DNA from: Coleofasciculus sp. B1-GNL1-01
GTDB lineage: Bacteria > Cyanobacteriota > Cyanobacteriia > Cyanobacteriales > Coleofasciculaceae
Assembly: GCA_040220235.1 (NCBI GenBank)
Contig: JAVJTO010000004.1
DNA length: 64,000 bases
Direction: 5' to 3' (one strand)
The translations under genes were made by a program, and so were the position numbers. Positions 42,501-51,583 of this stretch are shown here, piece by piece (position 1 is the first letter of the stretch; every line of letters starts with the position of its first letter). The notes beneath the pieces are model-generated. The model had not been told where the DNA came from. It saw only the letters and a list, made by a program, of their open reading frames with translations, and ran no database searches.

Positions 42501-43647
42501 TCCTGCCTATAGTCCCCTCTTAGCACTACAACAGATTTTGGATCAAATTCGCGAGCGAAATCAACTGCGCGGTCATGAAGATTCGGTTTGGAGTGTCACT
42601 TTTAGCCCCGATGGAGAGCAAATTGCTAGCGCTTCATCTGACGGAACGGTGCGGTTGTGGGATAAAAAGGGCAAAAAATTAGCCGTCCTTCGCGGTCATG
42701 AAAATTGGGTTTGGAGTGTCACTTTTAGCCCCGATGGAGCGCAAATTGCTAGCGCTTCGTGGGACAAAACCGTGCGGTTGTGGGATAAAAAGGGCAAAAA
42801 ATTAGCCGTCCTGCGCGGTCATGAAGATTCGGTTAGGAGTGTCACTTTTAGCCCCGATGGAGAGCAAATTGCTAGCGCTTCCGATGACGGAACGGTGCGG
42901 TTGTGGGATAAAAATGGAGACGAATTAGCCGTCCTTCGCGGTCATGAAGATTCGGTTTGGAGTGTCACTTTTAGCCCCGATGGAGAGCAAATTGCTAGCG
43001 CTTCGTGGGACAAAACCGTGCGGTTGTGGGATAAAAAGGGCAAAAAATTAGCCGTCCTTCGCGGTCATGAATCTTCGGTTAGTAGTATCACTTTTAGCCC
43101 CGATGGAGCGCAAATTGCTAGCGCTTCATCTGACGGAACGGTGCGGTTGTGGGATAAAAAGGGATCCGAATTAGCCGTCCTGCGCGGTCATGAAAATTGG
43201 GTTAGGAGTGTCACTTTTAGCCCCGATGGAGCGCATATTGCTAGCGCTTCTTGTGACAAAACCGTGCGGTTGTGGGATAAAAAGGGCAAAGAATTAGCTG
43301 TCCTTCGCGGTCATGAATCTTTGGTTAGGAGTGTCACTTTTAGCCCTGATGGAGAGCAAATTGCTAGCGCTTCGTGGGACAAAACCGTGCGGTTGTGGGA
43401 TAAAAAGGGAGCCGAATTAGCCGTCCTGCGCGGTCATGAAGATTGGGTTTTGAGTGTCAGCTTTAGCCCCGATGGAAAGCAAATTGCTAGCGCTTCAGGA
43501 GATGGAACCGTGCGCTTATGGCGGGTGGAGACGTTAGATGACTTGCTGGTTCGCGGTTGCCACTTGTTGCAGGACTATCTCCGCACCCATCCCGATGTCA
43601 GTGATCTCAATAAGTTTTGTGCAGGGGAATTAGGGGTGGCTGAATAA
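39538..43647 (+). CDS. Multidomain NLR-like protein: inactive STAND-like N-terminus, TPR-like helices, nSTAND1-type NTPase, coiled coil, 8 WD40 repeats
   Basis: YGYSGVGKSSLVNAGL, LIFDQFEEFF, RPIELQVVG, YQLVHDYL; GHE..V.SV.FSPDG..IASAS.D.TVRLWD repeats. Confidence 0.88.
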   Translation: MSQLPDITPENQTELEELALTLDAFQGQFLLVFARCNYDRVRSRLIQVLQDSSPLNIRTITLNPDDTALYQRIQGELQGEISKPLSSQERGLERGFPNPVNSQDKPGALMVLGLESVLSLERMLAGADLVREEFRHHCPFPVVVWVTDSVKAQWMQFARNLESWGVSSRFTISRGELAAFIKGKADQWLADGLNLTETECIEFRGELEAAEGELQVEDNGLEPELAAALFTLLGICQEQQGEIQTAIDYFEQALGCWQELQRFEYEGIVLREMVYGYFCQINRIQPATISRDDYNQIQAKIKDSIQQALTAFHRAQRPDLIADSIGVFGAVLRELQDWQQLQELAEQALVFDQGENRRDKLALDYTFLADVALAEERWQAAKELAEAALNQVEAIAPGEEIEVKSRCYWIKARSHVNLGQCSAAIEQLEFAHGISQPLSSPRLYLDILGDLHDLYWQTKDYLNAFKIKQERQTVETQLGLRAFIGASRIPSTVGAGAVGAHRRAPSSPPQSPASSPLPIASEIIAWGREKDVRELVERVQRSDHKVIVIYGYSGVGKSSLVNAGLIPTLHHTTVSGQRIIPILSQVYTDWERELGQQLTAALETQNISITQPLDSKTAILAALRQSETQQVRIVLIFDQFEEFFFVSDDKGNKNKIFETDFFDFLGQCLDILSLTVIFSIRRDYLYYLVDQPGMGSYDLLSKNSLYKISNLTPEEAQNLLEQLTTRSSFKLESALIEQLVQDLAGDYQKVRPIELQVVGAQLQAEGIRTLAEYQQFGTKEELVLRYLAEVVEDCGAENQPVAEVLLYLLTDEKERRLLKTRGELEEELKDFVTVAASQLDLILEILVLSGLVFIVPDTPDDRYQLVHDYLVSFIRQQQEPKIQEIIAQLNREREQRQQLERSIEQVRGELRLVLEERERVMVEVREAKKSLAQVEAEREEALKGTELERLGTLALRQFNYTQIPALLTAMRAGKELKAIVKDRPLDQYPAYSPLLALQQILDQIRERNQLRGHEDSVWSVTFSPDGEQIASASSDGTVRLWDKKGKKLAVLRGHENWVWSVTFSPDGAQIASASWDKTVRLWDKKGKKLAVLRGHEDSVRSVTFSPDGEQIASASDDGTVRLWDKNGDELAVLRGHEDSVWSVTFSPDGEQIASASWDKTVRLWDKKGKKLAVLRGHESSVSSITFSPDGAQIASASSDGTVRLWDKKGSELAVLRGHENWVRSVTFSPDGAHIASASCDKTVRLWDKKGKELAVLRGHESLVRSVTFSPDGEQIASASWDKTVRLWDKKGAELAVLRGHEDWVLSVSFSPDGKQIASASGDGTVRLWRVETLDDLLVRGCHLLQDYLRTHPDVSDLNKFCAGELGVAE
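42571..43520 (+). repeat. Eight near-identical 123-bp WD40-coding tandem repeats
   Basis: GGTCATGAA recurs every 123 bp from 42571 to 43432. Confidence 0.93.
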
Positions 43648-44149
43648 GGGTTGTGGTGAAGGGAAGCAGGGGGAGACGTGTAATGGCGCATTCGTCTATG
43701 AGTCTCCACTACTCATCGTTGCCATTTGTATATGGGGTTTTGAGTCTGTGATGCGAGCGTTGATGGCGCTAAAGCGCAACTACGAACTAAAAATCTGCGA
43801 AATCAGTGTTTTGGTTCAACGTCCAAAATTCATAAAATGGGGCAGAACTCTGGTCTGACTGTTGATAATTTTGCTGACGGGTAGAACTTCCCTGGGATGG
43901 CGACATTAAAATAGTTTCCAACACTTGTTCCACGCGATCGCACGATCAAAAAAAACCGTGTGACCTTTGCTGGGTAATGACTTTGGCTTAAAAACAGGAC
44001 GATTGAACTAAGAGCTTGTAACATCTCGTTACAATTAACTTGGCGCGATCGCACTCGACCTGCTGAAAATAAGAAGGATAGGGTTAGGGGAACCCTTCAC
44101 CCTATACCATCTAAAATGATGAACGTCAGATTCAAGGAGTATCCGCCTA

Positions 44150-45589
44150 ATGTTGCCATACGTCCTCGCGTTGGTTATCGGTCTTGGTAGCTTTGCCTAT
44201 TACATGGCAGCATTCTTTTTTCCCGAAGTCCACCGCAAAAGCGACTTCCTCTGGAGTGGTGTCGGATTTTTCTACGCCCTCGTCTTGTGGGTGTGCGCCG
44301 GACGGATTACGGGGGCGGTACTCCTGAGTCAACTCGCTAGTGTATCTCTACTGGGGTGGTTAGGCTGGCAAACTCTGATGCTGCGGCGACAGTTGGCGTT
44401 ACCTGAAGCCCAAACCGAAATTTCGCCCCAAGTTCAGGAAAAAATAGCTAGTTCTGGGATGTTCCAACTGGCAAAAAGTCTAGTTGTTCAACCCGTCGCC
44501 CGGGTGTTCCGTAGAAAACCCGTTGCGCCAACCCCCGTCGTGACTGAACCGGAACCTGTGACAGAACCCGCCGCGCCAGAGACGGAAATCGCCCCAGCCA
44601 AAACGGAAATTGGCGAACCCTCCTCTGGGACAGTTACAGAGATAACAGAGGAAGTGCAACCGCCATCGGAAGAACCCGATGTTCCCGTCGCCTCTTTTAC
44701 AGAGGTAAGCGAGGAAATCCCAGAGGAAATCCCAGAGGAAACCCCAGAGGAACCCGTAATCGCGGATATCACCGAACCGACTCAAGTCAGGGAAACGGTG
44801 GAAACAACGTCAACTGAAAAGGTTGAGGAACCCACTGAGGAAACAACCCCGCCCGAACAGATAGGGGAATTTGCCCCAGACGAGTCTCCAACCCGGACAC
44901 CCCTAGAAGAATGGACGTTAACCGAGACATCTGTAGCCGAGACACCCCTAGAGGAACAGACATTAACTGAGACACCTGTAGCCGAAACACCCACCAAACC
45001 CGTCCAGAAACAAACCAAACAACGTCAAGGAATTAGGGGATTTTTCAATAAGTTCTTAGGCAAAGGGAAGGCAAAACCCGCTAAAACAAAGGAACCGCAG
45101 ACAGTATCAGAGGATATTTCCACCTCACCCACACCAGAAATCCCTGAATCTAGTCCGCCAGACACCCCACTCGACACTTCCCCAACTCCGACTCAGGATA
45201 TAGAAGAAACAGCCGCAGCCGAGGAAACCCTAGCCGACGAAACCCCAGCGGAAACCCAAATTGTTGACGTTACCCCAGCAGCAGAAACACCCACAACGGA
45301 ACCGGAACTCACTCAGAACCCAGACATCCAACCCTCAGAAACCCCCGAAGAATCCGCAACTGAGACGACTCAACCCGCTGATTCAGAACCCCTGATGCGC
45401 CCGAATCCGCCTGAACCCGAACAGGTAGACGCCGCGAACCCATCCCCGGAACCGGAAACCTCAGAGTCTCCAGACATCCCAGTCGCAGATATTACCCCAG
45501 AATCGCAACTATCGCCTCCCGCTGAACCGATAGGAGAGGGTGACGTCAACACCCGACAATCTCAAGATTCAGAAAATCCTCCCCAGTAA
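44150..45589 (+). CDS. ycf66: Ycf66 family protein with long Pro/Glu/Thr-rich tail
   Basis: MLPYVLALVIGLGSFAYYMAAFFFPEVHRKSDFLWSGVGFFYALVLWVCAGRITG. Confidence 0.8.
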   Translation: MLPYVLALVIGLGSFAYYMAAFFFPEVHRKSDFLWSGVGFFYALVLWVCAGRITGAVLLSQLASVSLLGWLGWQTLMLRRQLALPEAQTEISPQVQEKIASSGMFQLAKSLVVQPVARVFRRKPVAPTPVVTEPEPVTEPAAPETEIAPAKTEIGEPSSGTVTEITEEVQPPSEEPDVPVASFTEVSEEIPEEIPEETPEEPVIADITEPTQVRETVETTSTEKVEEPTEETTPPEQIGEFAPDESPTRTPLEEWTLTETSVAETPLEEQTLTETPVAETPTKPVQKQTKQRQGIRGFFNKFLGKGKAKPAKTKEPQTVSEDISTSPTPEIPESSPPDTPLDTSPTPTQDIEETAAAEETLADETPAETQIVDVTPAAETPTTEPELTQNPDIQPSETPEESATETTQPADSEPLMRPNPPEPEQVDAANPSPEPETSESPDIPVADITPESQLSPPAEPIGEGDVNTRQSQDSENPPQ

Positions 45590-45714
45590 AGTTGAAAGGA
45601 TGGCAAATTCTCACCCATAATGTAGGGATAGATAAAGCTGCTTATGTAAAAAGGAGTAATCGGGAACCATCCCGACTCCCCCAAACGTACAACCATTAAC
45701 CCATAGGTCGAACT

Positions 45715-48700
45715 GTGACAGAAGCTAAATCCTACAAAGACACCGTAAATCTGCCCCAAACTGAATTTAGTATGCGGGCAAACGCGGTCAAACGGGAACC
45801 GGAACTCCAACAATTTTGGCAAGACCAACAAATTTATCAGCGACTGTCACAGACGAATCCCGGTGATAGTTTCATCCTGCATGATGGTCCCCCCTACGCG
45901 AATGGGGCGCTGCATATGGGACACGCCCTAAATAAAATTCTTAAAGATATCATCAATAAATACAAGCTGCTGCAAGGGTATAAAGTTCGCTACATTCCTG
46001 GCTGGGATTGCCATGGCTTACCCATTGAACTGAAAGTCCTGCAAGCCATGGACGCCGAAGAACGCCAAGCCCTAACCCCGATAAAGCTGCGGCGCAAAGC
46101 CCGAAAATTTGCCCTGAAAACGGTTGATCAGCAGCGCCAAGGGTTTCAACGGTATGGTGTATGGGGAGACTGGGATCATCCTTACCTAACCTTAACCCCC
46201 GAATACGAAGCCGCCCAAATTGGCGTATTCGGTCAGATGGTACTAAAAGGCTATATCTATCGGGGAATGAAGCCCGTTCATTGGAGTCCCAGTTCCCAAA
46301 CCGCTTTGGCAGAAGCCGAGTTAGAATATCCGGAAGGACATACGTCTCGCAGTCTTTATGCCGCGTTTCCCCTGACCAAAGCCACGGATTCTGTGGAAGC
46401 GAAGCTAAAACCCTATTTAGTAGATTTGGGCGTAGCAATTTGGACAACTACCCCTTGGACAATTCCCGGTAACTTAGCCGTAGCGGTGAATCCCGAACTC
46501 ACCTACGCAGTTGTAGAAGTGTCGGAGAAATCAGCCAGTCAGGAGGCGGAGAAATCCTCGAAACCCAGTAAGACAAAGGCAAAAGGATTTGCGCCAACGC
46601 CAGACGAGGACTCCCCAGAATCAGACTCCACCGACTCAGACACGGAAGCCGAAGGGTTTAAATACTTAATCGTGGCGGCGGAATTAGTGGAACGCCTTTC
46701 TCAAACCTTGGATAAAGACCTAACCGTCAAAACTACCCTGAAAGGAGAAGAATTAGACCAGTGTACCTATCGCCATCCCCTGTTTGACCGGGAAAGTCCA
46801 ATTGTAATTGGTGGCGATTACATTACCACAGAATCGGGAACCGGATTAGTTCATACTGCACCCGGTCATGGTCAAGAAGATTATATCGTCGGTCAGCGCT
46901 ACAATTTACCGATTATCTCTCCCGTAGATGGAAATGGAGATTTTACCACCGAAGCTGGACCCTTTGCGGGGTTAAATGTGCTGCGGAATGCCAATCCAGC
47001 GGTGATTGACGCCCTGAAAGAGGCGGGTTCGTTCCTGAAAGAAGAAAACTACGTCCATAAATATCCCTACGATTGGCGAACGAAAGAACCAACTATCTTC
47101 CGGGCGACGGAACAGTGGTTTGCGTCGGTGGATGGCTTCCGGGAAGAAGTGATGAAGGCGATTAAGTCAGTTAATTGGATTCCTTCCCAAGGAGAAAACC
47201 GGATTACCGCCATGGTGTCGGAACGTTCGGATTGGTGTATCTCCCGCCAACGGAGTTGGGGGGTGCCGATTCCGGTGTTTTATGATGAGGAGACGAATGA
47301 ACCTCTGTTGACAGAAGAAACCATCGCCCACGTCCAAAAGATTATTGCCGAAAAAGGGTCAGATGCGTGGTGGGAATTGCCCGTAACTGAATTATTACCC
47401 GAATCCTACCGCAATAATGGTCGCACGTATCGCAAAGGCACCGATACGATGGATGTCTGGTTTGACTCCGGTTCCTCTTGGGCGGGAGTTGTGCAAGAAC
47501 GTGAGGAATTATCCTACCCTGTCGATATGTACCTGGAAGGGTCAGACCAACATCGGGGGTGGTTCCAATCCAGTATCCTCACCAGTGTGGCGACAAATGG
47601 TTGTGCGCCCTATAAATCAGTATTAACCCACGGCTTTGTTCTGGATGAACAAGGACGTAAAATGAGTAAATCTGTGGGGAATGTGGTAGACCCCGCGACA
47701 ATTATTGAAGGCGGGAAGAATCATAAACAGGAACCGCCGTATGGTGCAGATATGCTGCGGCTGTGGGTGTCGTCGGTGGACTATTCGGTGGATGTTCCCA
47801 TTGGTCAAGGAATACTGAAACAGCTTTCCGATATTTATCGCAAGATTCGCAATACAGCGCGATTTTTATTGGGAAATCTGCATGATTTTGACCCCGCCAA
47901 AAATGCCGTGGCGTATGAACAGTTACCGGAATTAGACCGCTATATGCTGCACCGGATAACGGAGGTGTTTGGTGAGGTAACGGAGGCGTTTGACAGTTAT
48001 CAGTTTTTCCGTTTCTTCCAAACGGTGCAGAATTTCTGTGTGGTGGATTTGTCCAACTTTTATTTGGATGTGGCGAAAGATCGTCTGTATATCAGTCATC
48101 CCGATTCAGTACGACGCCGCAGTTGTCAGACGGTATTAGCGATCGCACTGGAAAATTTAGCCCGATCCATTGCGCCTGTATTATGCCATACCGCAGAAGA
48201 TATTTGGCAATATCTGCCTTATCCCACACCCTATAAGTCGGTGTTTGAGTCGGGATGGGTGCAGTTAGACGAAACCTGGAAAAAGCCGGAATTGGTGGAG
48301 AAATGGACAAGGTTACGGGCGATTCGCACCGAGGTGAATAAGGTGTTAGAACAAGCCAGGGCAGAGAAAATGATAGGTTCTTCTCTAGAAGCGAAAGTCT
48401 TGCTTCATGTCCCCGATACGCAATTACGCCAACAGTTGCGGAAATTAAACCCCAGTGGGATTCCCCGCCTGTGGTTGCAAACCCCGAAACCGGAACTGAT
48501 GGTGAGGGAACCGGAACCGGAAGCAGTATTAGCTTCAGAAACGTTGTCCTCAGACACAGGGGAACAAGAGTGGAATGTTAATCAAATTCTGTCTACTGTC
48601 TTGACGACACTACGCCAGGTGTTCAGCGAAAATCAGCGCGTATGGTTAACAGTGGGAGTGATTGTCGCCGTACCGATTACCTTAAAAGTAACCGCAACCG

Positions 48701-49206
48701 TATTAGCTTCGATCGCACATCTCCCCTTATTGGCTGATATGCTGCAATTAGTGGGGGTTGGCTACAGTGCATGGTTTGTCAATCGCTATTTACTCCGCGC
48801 CCCCAATCGCCAAGAATTAGCAGAAAAAGCGCGATCGCTAAAAACTGAGGTATTGGGTGAAAGTTCTCCCCAACCGGAACCCGCGACGACTGAACCTGAA
48901 GCCGCACCCCCACCGCCAGTACAACCCCAACCCAGAATTCTAGGGGAACGGTTTACGGTTCTTAGTAACGGGGTGGATGAGTTGCGCTATCTATTTTTAG
49001 CCTCCCAAGTTGAGGTATTAGACTCCCCGGATGCGATTGAAAATGCGGACTATCGCAGTCAGTCGGAACAGGTTTGGGTGGGGATTGTCAAAGCTGAAGG
49101 GGAAAAGTGCGATCGTTGCTGGAATTATTCCCCGTTTGTGGGTAAAATCATCGATCATTCCACGATTTGCGAACGGTGTCGGGCGGCGTTGGCGGGTCAA
49201 TGGTAA
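45715..49206 (+). CDS. ileS: Isoleucine--tRNA ligase with inserted CAAD (CURT1-like) domain
   Basis: HDGPPYANGALHMGH, GWDCHGLPIE, WCISRQR, EGSDQHRGWF, KMSKS, C-terminal CDRCW..CERC. Confidence 0.97.
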   Translation: MTEAKSYKDTVNLPQTEFSMRANAVKREPELQQFWQDQQIYQRLSQTNPGDSFILHDGPPYANGALHMGHALNKILKDIINKYKLLQGYKVRYIPGWDCHGLPIELKVLQAMDAEERQALTPIKLRRKARKFALKTVDQQRQGFQRYGVWGDWDHPYLTLTPEYEAAQIGVFGQMVLKGYIYRGMKPVHWSPSSQTALAEAELEYPEGHTSRSLYAAFPLTKATDSVEAKLKPYLVDLGVAIWTTTPWTIPGNLAVAVNPELTYAVVEVSEKSASQEAEKSSKPSKTKAKGFAPTPDEDSPESDSTDSDTEAEGFKYLIVAAELVERLSQTLDKDLTVKTTLKGEELDQCTYRHPLFDRESPIVIGGDYITTESGTGLVHTAPGHGQEDYIVGQRYNLPIISPVDGNGDFTTEAGPFAGLNVLRNANPAVIDALKEAGSFLKEENYVHKYPYDWRTKEPTIFRATEQWFASVDGFREEVMKAIKSVNWIPSQGENRITAMVSERSDWCISRQRSWGVPIPVFYDEETNEPLLTEETIAHVQKIIAEKGSDAWWELPVTELLPESYRNNGRTYRKGTDTMDVWFDSGSSWAGVVQEREELSYPVDMYLEGSDQHRGWFQSSILTSVATNGCAPYKSVLTHGFVLDEQGRKMSKSVGNVVDPATIIEGGKNHKQEPPYGADMLRLWVSSVDYSVDVPIGQGILKQLSDIYRKIRNTARFLLGNLHDFDPAKNAVAYEQLPELDRYMLHRITEVFGEVTEAFDSYQFFRFFQTVQNFCVVDLSNFYLDVAKDRLYISHPDSVRRRSCQTVLAIALENLARSIAPVLCHTAEDIWQYLPYPTPYKSVFESGWVQLDETWKKPELVEKWTRLRAIRTEVNKVLEQARAEKMIGSSLEAKVLLHVPDTQLRQQLRKLNPSGIPRLWLQTPKPELMVREPEPEAVLASETLSSDTGEQEWNVNQILSTVLTTLRQVFSENQRVWLTVGVIVAVPITLKVTATVLASIAHLPLLADMLQLVGVGYSAWFVNRYLLRAPNRQELAEKARSLKTEVLGESSPQPEPATTEPEAAPPPPVQPQPRILGERFTVLSNGVDELRYLFLASQVEVLDSPDAIENADYRSQSEQVWVGIVKAEGEKCDRCWNYSPFVGKIIDHSTICERCRAALAGQW

Positions 49207-49704
49207 ATTGTCATTCGTCATTTGTCATTTGTCCTTTGTCATTCGTTCAATCAAGGAATTCTCGCCTTAAAAACCGGCTCTCCCGTACTTGGAGTGATAA
49301 GCAGAGCTTATTATCGCTGGAAAAATCACGCTGGCTTTATTGTCAAGAGCTTTTTTTTAAAGATTGTGTGAAGATTAACTGCTAGGTCAGTAGGATGCTT
49401 TATCATAACTTTATCTTATAATTAAAATGTGTTTGCGTTGTTTCAGAAATTCTATTTGTTTAAGAAAAGTAAATTTTAGTTTTAAGTTTTTTTTGACTAA
49501 TTTTGCGAATTTCCTTGAAGTAAAGCAACTCCAGCACTCTGGCTGTATAAAACAGATTAGGGTGTTGGTTAATAATTGTCTGTAAATATATATTTTTTTT
49601 ATACATAAAGTAATTAAAGAGTTGATGAAGATGGCTTTTATGGAATCGACCTCATCTAAAGAGAAAAGTATTATTAAGATAGCAAATTTAAAATGAGTTA
49701 AAAA

Positions 49705-50514
49705 ATGATTAGCATCTATCGCAAAACAGTAGTTACCTTAGCTGGAATGCTTTTTGTCAGTTTTGGGATCACTAAAACAGCAAGTGCTTTTTCCCTTACA
49801 CCTCAATATTCTTCGCTGGATTTTAGGGTAAAATCTAGTGCTGGACTTGGTGCTGGTGAAGTGTTTGTCGAGGACGTAGATTTAGATAATCAGTTTGGCA
49901 CAATTAATTTATTAAATGGGTCAGTCAGTGCCTTAGCTACTTCTAACGGTCATAGCATACTAACTACAGCCGAGGGAACATCTGAGTGGACTAATAGCTC
50001 TGAAGGTTTGGTAAATCTTTTTAATATAGGCTGGAATATTGATGGGCGTGTTCCTGGCACAACTTCGGCAAGCGCAAACTGGCTTTACAGTTTTACTGCT
50101 CATGAGGATGGAATATTTGTTCTTGACTTTGAAATTACGGGTTTCGGTACATCTTTAATAGGAACATTTGGTCTAAATGGTTGGATTCTTGAATGGTCTG
50201 GATTTGAACCTAATGAAAATGTTGGATACGATCCTGATGAGAATCCTGATGCTCGTCCAGACTATCCCATATCAGGAACAATAACGCGAACAGTTCAGTC
50301 AGGTGTCACTTACACTGTTCGTTTGCGTGATCGCGGTGCAAATGTCGCCAGTACATCGTTGTTGAGTGGCATTACGCAGAGAAGTGGTATTTTTAAGTGG
50401 AAAGTGGTTGAGGCTACTGAACCTGTTCCTGTCCCAGAATCCTCTTCTGCTTTGGGTCTTCTAGCCTTTAGTGCTTTAGGAGCAAGTTCAGTCAGGCGAG
50501 TAACTAAATCATAG
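49705..50514 (+). CDS. Secreted PEP-CTERM sorting-domain protein
   Basis: Signal peptide ending ASA; C-terminal VPESSSALGLLAFSALGASSVRR. Confidence 0.82.
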   Translation: MISIYRKTVVTLAGMLFVSFGITKTASAFSLTPQYSSLDFRVKSSAGLGAGEVFVEDVDLDNQFGTINLLNGSVSALATSNGHSILTTAEGTSEWTNSSEGLVNLFNIGWNIDGRVPGTTSASANWLYSFTAHEDGIFVLDFEITGFGTSLIGTFGLNGWILEWSGFEPNENVGYDPDENPDARPDYPISGTITRTVQSGVTYTVRLRDRGANVASTSLLSGITQRSGIFKWKVVEATEPVPVPESSSALGLLAFSALGASSVRRVTKS

Positions 50515-50525
50515 CAGGGTTGTTT

Positions 50526-50584
50526 CATTTATTGGCAGCCGCGTAAACTGAAGGGATCAAGATGCAGATTCAAACCGTGATTAG
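50526..50584 (+). pseudogene. 59-bp remnant of the 3' end of the AAA ATPase at 57110-59155
   Basis: Matches 59015-59073 with 3 mismatches. Confidence 0.8.
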
Positions 50585-50760
50585 CGCTACGAGGTACGGA
50601 AAGGACATCAGTTAGTCCAAGAGGGAACAGGGAACAGGGAACAGGGAACAGGGAACGGTAAGGGAGCATCCCAATTTGGCACGTTGACTCTTTGAATTGG
50701 GCTGCAACCCTTGCAATTGCGTTACTTGAGGTAATACTTTATCCAAAACAGGATGCTCCC
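50582..50760. repeat. Stacked repeats: copy of the 887-982 element with (GGGAACA)n, then a ~100-bp GGGAGCATCC...GGATGCTCCC TIR element
   Basis: Direct sequence match to 925-980; 10-bp perfect TIR at 50662 and 50751. Confidence 0.65.
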
Positions 50761-50763
50761 TGT

Positions 50764-51423
50764 TCAGTCACCGACAAAAGTTCCGTCCCCCAGTGAGAGT
50801 TTAGCGTTAAAAGTACCCTGAATCTCAGTTGCCATTTTCGGTACGCACAGATAGAGTTTTCCCGGAAGGTAATCCCCCTGTCGTTGACCAATCTGCAAAA
50901 ATACTCGGTAATCTAGGTCGTCAAGTGTACTGTAATCCCACAACGTATAATAATCGACATCTGAATCCTCTTGCAGATTTTTCACATACTCCGTCGCATC
51001 AACACGATAATCCCAGATACTTTCGCGTTCTGTGCCGTATCTTCCTCCGTAAGCATAGGTTGTTCCTTCCGCCTTGGACGTGTAATACTCTATCGGTTCT
51101 ACAGGAGATGAAGCACCAATGAGTATGTCAAAGATAAATAACACTGTGATTGCCTGCGGATCAAGATTTCCATGCTGTATCCGTAGTTTTGGAAATGAGA
51201 TGTCTGACTTGTCTAAGGAAAACCTGCGCCCATAAACTTGACCAGAGACAGGAGTATTTGGTATTTCCTCTACTGTTGGTATTTCTGGACAATTAATCGG
51301 TTCCGGTGGAGGGATTAGCTGGGGGCGAGATTGTCCGAGAAAGGGAATGCTGTCTCCTGAACAACTCGCCATTGTTATAGTCGCTAACATGACTACAACA
51401 TTTATTCTGGTTTGAGACTTCAT
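50764..51423 (-). CDS. Putative lipoprotein, candidate immunity protein (paralog 2)
   Basis: Lipobox-like TMASC after a hydrophobic stretch; close paralog of 51584-52270. Confidence 0.75.
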   Translation of the reverse strand: MKSQTRINVVVMLATITMASCSGDSIPFLGQSRPQLIPPPEPINCPEIPTVEEIPNTPVSGQVYGRRFSLDKSDISFPKLRIQHGNLDPQAITVLFIFDILIGASSPVEPIEYYTSKAEGTTYAYGGRYGTERESIWDYRVDATEYVKNLQEDSDVDYYTLWDYSTLDDLDYRVFLQIGQRQGDYLPGKLYLCVPKMATEIQGTFNAKLSLGDGTFVGD

Positions 51424-51583
51424 TTTCGGCTTACGTCTAAAATGATTAATTAGGAATTTGAAATTAAATTCATACTAAGTTGCCTTCACACGTATAACTC
51501 TCTTATTCTCTTATTCTCTTATTCTCTGTGTTCTGTAGTGACTCTGTGGTTCACCAAATTCTACGTTAGACTGCAACTTGGTA

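Noticed and set aside
42571..43520. Regular DNA repeats as a CRISPR array or DGR template
   Set aside because: Repeats are contiguous in-frame WD40 units with no spacers; no cas or reverse transcriptase gene in the window
50582..50591. TAGCGCTACG match to 59140 as evidence of a microhomology deletion in the ATPase scar
   Set aside because: The sequence is the start of a dispersed repeat also present at 925-980, so the match is not informative
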